From positions 3,072,001-3,136,000 of the forward strand of contig OZ252098.1 of NCBI GenBank assembly GCA_965248355.1: 64,000 nucleotides of DNA, in the 5' to 3' direction. Below are positions 59,516-64,000 of this stretch, piece after piece; position 1 is the stretch's first letter; every line of letters begins with the position of its first letter. This DNA is from Candidatus Latescibacterota bacterium (GTDB lineage: Bacteria > Latescibacterota > UBA2968 > UBA8231). The translations under genes were made by a program, and so were the position numbers. The notes under the pieces were generated by a model. The model was not told where the DNA came from, searched no databases, and saw nothing but the letters and a program-made list of their open reading frames with translations.

Positions 59516-59986
59516 ATGACGATCGAGGACCTCTACGAGGAGCACGAGGAGAGCCTGCAACGGCTGGCATTCCGTCTGGCGCGGGACACGGACGCCGCCC
59601 AGGACCTCGTGCAGGAGACCTTCGTCCGGGCCCTGGGGCACGCGCTGCTGCTGGCGCAGCTCAACCGCCACCAGCAGCGCGCCTGGCTGGGGCGGACCTT
59701 GAGGCGGCTGTTCCTGGACCGGCGCGCGGAGCGGCTCCGGCAGGCGGCGCTGCTGGAGCTCTACGGGCGGGAAGCACCGACGGCGGTGGACGCCGATGAG
59801 GACGCCGGGTTCGATCCCTTCGACCTGGCGCCCGCCGAGGATCGGGAGCTCCTGGAGATGCGCTATCGTCAGGGACTCTCCAGCGCCGAGATCGCGGCCG
59901 AGTTGGACCTGCCTCCCGGCACCGTTCGCTGGCGCCTGCACCGGGCGGTGAGCCGTCTGCGGGCCCACAAGCACCGCTTCCTCTGA
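59516..59986 (+). CDS. ECF sigma-70 factor
   Basis: AQDLVQETF..A..AWL (region 2); GLSSAEIA..L..PPGTVRWRLHRA (region 4). Confidence 0.9.
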   Translation: MTIEDLYEEHEESLQRLAFRLARDTDAAQDLVQETFVRALGHALLLAQLNRHQQRAWLGRTLRRLFLDRRAERLRQAALLELYGREAPTAVDADEDAGFDPFDLAPAEDRELLEMRYRQGLSSAEIAAELDLPPGTVRWRLHRAVSRLRAHKHRFL

Positions 59987-60018
59987 GGGATGACAAGCGC
60001 AAAGGGGAGAAGAGAACC

Positions 60019-61281
60019 ATGAGCGAACAGAGCACGAGCTCCGAACAGCCCCCGGCGGGCCGGTCCATCGGCAACGTCGGCATCCTGGACATACGCCAGG
60101 CAACGGAGGAAACCCTCGCCGGGATCCGCAGCATCGGCAACGTGGGCATGATCTTCTACTCGCCGGAGACGGCCGGGTGGGTCACGCGGTTCACCGCGGG
60201 CAATGTGGGGTCGACCGTCAAGGCGCCAGCCACCGCACGCGTCCTGACGGGCGAGGAGACCTGGAGCCGGACCTCCCTCGATGGGAAGGAGCCCCTCAAC
60301 CTGGTCGTCGTCGGCAAGCTCGTCCTGCATCCGGACGTCCCCCGCGATGCCCTCGAGCAAGGTCTCGAAAGCCTCGTCGTCGTCGGCACGGTCGCCTGCC
60401 CCGACCATCTGGCCGGCGTCCTGCGGGCCAAGGCGCACGAGGTCATGGGAAAGCTGACCACCTATCCCTGGGTTGAGGGGGGCCGCTTCCTGACGGACAA
60501 GGTGACGCTGGACGGCGCCTTCCTGGAGTCCCTCGCAGAAGGCTCCCACGTCGTCGCCCTGGCCGACGTCGGCGCCCCCGAGGTGCTCGACGACGACCTG
60601 CTGCGGCGCAAGGTGTCGTCCCTCTACATCGGCGGCCGGCTCCACTGCCGCGAGGAGAACCTGGCGGCGCTGCGCTCGCGGCTGCACGACCGCAGCCCGT
60701 CGCCGAGGACCAGTGCGGTGCCCGCCGGGTTCGAGGCCGTGGAGGGGCGGCTGCGTCTGGACATGAGGACCGTGGAGTCGCTGCCGGGACGCTCGCTGTA
60801 CTGCACCGGGCTGGTCGAGGTCGATGCCGAGGTCGAGGCGGCGGCGCTGGAGGAAGCGATCGACTCGCTTCAGGTGACCCGGCTGCTCATCGCCCCGGCC
60901 CACCTCGAGGGCGCGCTGGCCGCGCGCTGCGACCTGCTGCAGACGAAAGCCGTCTTCTACGAAGGGGAGCTGTGGCACATCGAGGACAAGGCCGATCTGC
61001 TCGCCTCCCGCTTCGAGTGGCTGGAGGGCAAGGCCACGCTGCTGGTGCGCGGGGACCTCAGGATCGCCGCCGACATCGACCCCCGGGTCCTTGCCGACCG
61101 CCTGCACAAGGTCCACAATCTGGACCGGATCGTCTGCACACCCGAACAGATGGGCGCCCTGCAGGCGCGCATGGGCATGAACGAAGGGCAGTTGAAGGCC
61201 AGGGCCGGCGGCAAGCCGTCGGGCGGGAAGCCGGCCGGCGGGAAGCCCGACAGCGGCAACGTCGGCTACTTGCGTCTGTGA
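60019..61281 (+). CDS. Soluble hypothetical protein with four internal repeats and GNVG motifs
   Basis: Purine-rich SD and coding bias; repeats are described in the findings. Confidence 0.82.
   Translation: MSEQSTSSEQPPAGRSIGNVGILDIRQATEETLAGIRSIGNVGMIFYSPETAGWVTRFTAGNVGSTVKAPATARVLTGEETWSRTSLDGKEPLNLVVVGKLVLHPDVPRDALEQGLESLVVVGTVACPDHLAGVLRAKAHEVMGKLTTYPWVEGGRFLTDKVTLDGAFLESLAEGSHVVALADVGAPEVLDDDLLRRKVSSLYIGGRLHCREENLAALRSRLHDRSPSPRTSAVPAGFEAVEGRLRLDMRTVESLPGRSLYCTGLVEVDAEVEAAALEEAIDSLQVTRLLIAPAHLEGALAARCDLLQTKAVFYEGELWHIEDKADLLASRFEWLEGKATLLVRGDLRIAADIDPRVLADRLHKVHNLDRIVCTPEQMGALQARMGMNEGQLKARAGGKPSGGKPAGGKPDSGNVGYLRL
61207..61251 (+). repeat. 15-bp x3 tandem repeat encoding GGKP(S/A/D)
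   Basis: ggcggcaagccgtcg ggcgggaagccggcc ggcgggaagcccgac. Confidence 0.8.
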
Positions 61282-61286
61282 GCGTC

Positions 61287-62180
61287 ATGACCGGCTGGCA
61301 CGAAGTCCTCACCCTCGACGCCTCCCGCCGCGTCACCGGCGGCAGCCCGGACCGCCTGGCCGACGCCGTGCGGCGCGGCGCCGATCTGCGCATCCTCACC
61401 GAGTTCCGCCACGACGAGCACATCGACGTGGACTCGGACTGCTCGGAGCTGGTGCGCGAGGCCGCCGAGTTCGCCGTCACCTGTCTCGTGGACGACCGCT
61501 GGTGCGCCGGCATCATGAGCCTGCGCCAGCCCGTGGACCTGCCCGTCGGCTTCGGGCCGCGGCCGTCCATGTCCTACTTCCTCTACAATCAGGACGGCAC
61601 CCAGGCCATCGCGCGGCTCCATCTCGACGGGCAGGCCGCCGCCGAAGCGCCCGGTCCTTCTTCCCCCGAGGGGCCGGAGATGCCCAAGTACCACGGCGCC
61701 GAGTTCTGGGACGGCGACACCAACGCTCCGAGCCACAACTTCGTGTACGACTTCGACTGCTTCCGCTACTGCGTGAACGACCGCTGGCAGGAGGTGCTCG
61801 CCCACGGCGCCGACGGCGAGATCCGCTCCGGGTCGGTGGCCGCCCTCGGACAGGCTTTCGCCGAAGGGCGCGCCGTCAAGGTCGGCGTCGCCGGGCTGTG
61901 CGCCGATCTGCCCCCGGCCGGCCCCGGCCACGAGCTGTTCGTGCAGACGGGATCCGGGTACCACTACACCGAGCGGGACCTGTTCATCGCCGGCTCCCAC
62001 CCCGTGATCCGCGCGGCCCCGGCGATCCCCATGGTCTACCGCAGCCGCGGCTGGGACTCGGGGTGGCTGGTGCTGCGCACCGATGGCCTCGTCGTCTACC
62101 GCCGCTGCGATCCCTACACCCTCGCCTTCGAGGACCGCCGCTACCGCTGCCCCATCCGCTGGTTCGTCAGCCGGGACTGA
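61287..62180 (+). CDS. Hypothetical protein with two-fold internal duplication
   Basis: WHEVL...GS..RLADAVRRG vs WQEVL...GS..ALGQAFAEG; in-frame GTG overlaps the upstream stop. Confidence 0.8.
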   Translation: MTGWHEVLTLDASRRVTGGSPDRLADAVRRGADLRILTEFRHDEHIDVDSDCSELVREAAEFAVTCLVDDRWCAGIMSLRQPVDLPVGFGPRPSMSYFLYNQDGTQAIARLHLDGQAAAEAPGPSSPEGPEMPKYHGAEFWDGDTNAPSHNFVYDFDCFRYCVNDRWQEVLAHGADGEIRSGSVAALGQAFAEGRAVKVGVAGLCADLPPAGPGHELFVQTGSGYHYTERDLFIAGSHPVIRAAPAIPMVYRSRGWDSGWLVLRTDGLVVYRRCDPYTLAFEDRRYRCPIRWFVSRD

Positions 62181-62340
62181 GCCTTCAGGGGGCCAGCACG
62201 CGGGCGCCGGCGCCGCACCTGTGGCCTGGGGCACACAGCCGACACCGGCGCTGTGGTCCGGGGCACACATCCGTCGCCGGGCCTCCCGGATCCCTCCCCG
62301 GGGCCCGCCCCGGGCACGGGGCTTGCAGCCTCCGGCGGCT

Positions 62341-63882
62341 GTGACCGCCACCGTCCTGTCCGCCGCCACCGTCGGCGTCGACGCCCGCCTCGTCCACGTC
62401 GAGGTCGACACCGACCGCAAGCTGCCCTCCTTCATCCTCGTGGGCCTGCCGGACTCGGCCGTGCGGGAGAGCCGCGAGCGGGTCATGGCGGCGGTGCGCA
62501 ACGCCGGGTTCCAGTGGCCCCGGCGGCGGGTCACCGTGAACCTGGCGCCGGCCGACCTGCGCAAGGAGGGCTCGGCCTTCGACCTGGCCATCGCCGCCGG
62601 CGTCCTGGTCGCCTCCGAACAGGTGAAGGCCGACACCCTGGAGGACTTCGCCCTCCTCGGCGAGTTGTCTCTCGACGGCTCGGTACGCCCGGTGCGGGGC
62701 CTGCTGTCCATGGCCACCGGCCTCGGGGAGCGCGGCGTCTACGCCGCCATCGTGCCGCAGGCGAACGCCCGCGAGGCGGCCATGGCCGACGGCCCCGTCA
62801 TCTTCCCGGTGCGCAGCCTCTCGGAGGCGGTCGAGATCCTGGAGGGCAGCGTGCGCATCCGGCCCTGCGTGGTCGACGCCGAGGGGGCCCTGCGGCAGGA
62901 GGAGGCCCCCGACGAGCACGACTTCGCCGACGTGCGCGGCCAGGAGCACGCCAAGCGCGCCCTCGAGGTCGCCGCCGCCGGGGGGCACAACGTCGTCCTC
63001 ATCGGGCCGCCCGGCTCGGGCAAGACCATGCTCGCCCGGCGCATGCCCTCGATCCTGTCGGCCCCGACGGTGCAGGAGGCCCGGGCCGTGACCCGCATCC
63101 ACTCCGTGGCCGGAGTGCTGGCGCCGGGCCAGGCCCTGGTGACGCGCCGGCCCTTCCGGGCGCCGCACCACACGATCAGCGACGCCGGCCTCATCGGCGG
63201 CGGATCGTCGCCGCGGCCGGGCGAGGTCTCCCTCTCCCACCACGGGGTGCTGTTCCTCGACGAGCTGCCGGAGTTCCAGCGCCGGGCGGTGGAGGCCCTG
63301 CGCCAGCCCATGGAGGAGTGCCGGGTCACCATCGGCCGCGCCGCCGCCACCCTCACCTTCCCGGCGCGGTTCATGCTGGTGGCCTCCATGAACCCCTGTC
63401 CCTGCGGCTACCTGGGCCACCCCCGCCAGGACTGCCTCTGCCCGCCCCGGACCGTGGAGCGCTACCGGACGCGGCTGTCGGGGCCGCTGCTGGACCGCAT
63501 CGACCTGCACGTGGAGGTGCCCGCCGTCGGCTTCGACGACCTGTCCGAGGGGCCGCCGGGCGAGCCCTCGGCCCAGGTGCGGAGCCGCGTCGAGGCGGCG
63601 CGGCAGGTCCAGCAGGAGCGCTTCGGCGGCGAGAGCGGCGTGTTCTGCAACGCCCACATGGACGCCCGCCACGTGCGCCGCTACTGCCGGCCCCTGCCCC
63701 GCGAGGCGGCCGGGCTCCTGCGCGCCGCCCTGGAGCGCCTCGGCCTGTCGGCCCGGGCCCACGACCGCATCCTCAAGGTGGCGCGAACCATCGCCGACCT
63801 GGCGGGGGCGGAGCAGATCGAGGCCGCCCACGTGGCCGAGGCGGTGCAGTACCGGGGGCTGGACCGGCCGGTGCCGGCCTGA
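62341..63882 (+). CDS. comM: YifB/ComM Mg-chelatase-like AAA ATPase
   Basis: VGLPD.AVRESRER, NLAPADLRKEG, GPPGSGKTM, LFLDELPEF, NPCPCG, SGPLLDRID. Confidence 0.94.
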   Translation: MTATVLSAATVGVDARLVHVEVDTDRKLPSFILVGLPDSAVRESRERVMAAVRNAGFQWPRRRVTVNLAPADLRKEGSAFDLAIAAGVLVASEQVKADTLEDFALLGELSLDGSVRPVRGLLSMATGLGERGVYAAIVPQANAREAAMADGPVIFPVRSLSEAVEILEGSVRIRPCVVDAEGALRQEEAPDEHDFADVRGQEHAKRALEVAAAGGHNVVLIGPPGSGKTMLARRMPSILSAPTVQEARAVTRIHSVAGVLAPGQALVTRRPFRAPHHTISDAGLIGGGSSPRPGEVSLSHHGVLFLDELPEFQRRAVEALRQPMEECRVTIGRAAATLTFPARFMLVASMNPCPCGYLGHPRQDCLCPPRTVERYRTRLSGPLLDRIDLHVEVPAVGFDDLSEGPPGEPSAQVRSRVEAARQVQQERFGGESGVFCNAHMDARHVRRYCRPLPREAAGLLRAALERLGLSARAHDRILKVARTIADLAGAEQIEAAHVAEAVQYRGLDRPVPA

Positions 63883-64000
63883 GGCGGGCGGCCCGCCCGA
63901 CGAGGCGCGCCCCGACCGCCGCTTGACCCCCGGGAGCGGGGGGTCTATCTACGTCCCGCACCCGCTTCCCGGAATGACACCGATGACCAACGGCAGGGTC

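Noticed and set aside
62341..63882. comM as an integration hotspot
   Set aside because: Gene is intact; no integrase or att duplication seen.
63923..64000. Promoter-like TTGACC-17-TATCTA and an ORF start at the right edge
   Set aside because: Weak -10 box and too little sequence to call.

Overview
High-GC bacterial chromosome segment. Its content resembles sponge-associated Latescibacterota/Gemmatimonadota-type genomes (inference): many PhyH dioxygenases, sialidases, a sulfatase, YWTD/ankyrin repeat proteins and FlgD/T9SS-A-like C-terminal domains (CTDs). The clearest unit is a minus-strand B12-uptake operon: sigma70 promoter, cobalamin riboswitch, terminator/anti-SD hairpin, btuB, CTD-tagged beta-propeller, pduO, btuF, btuC, btuD and a decayed second binding protein. 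An antisense fic gene interrupts it, flanked by a diverged ~60-bp duplicate of the btuC start. Also present: four CTD-bearing secreted proteins or remnants, an ECF sigma factor followed by an unexplained repeat protein, a LacI gene with three upstream palindromes, a fitAB/vapBC-type TA pair with operator, carbohydrate-catabolic genes, xth and comM/yifB. At least eight genes are broken by internal deletions or frameshifts. No CRISPR array, tRNA or rRNA was seen. Family assignments come from motif recognition only; no searches were run.
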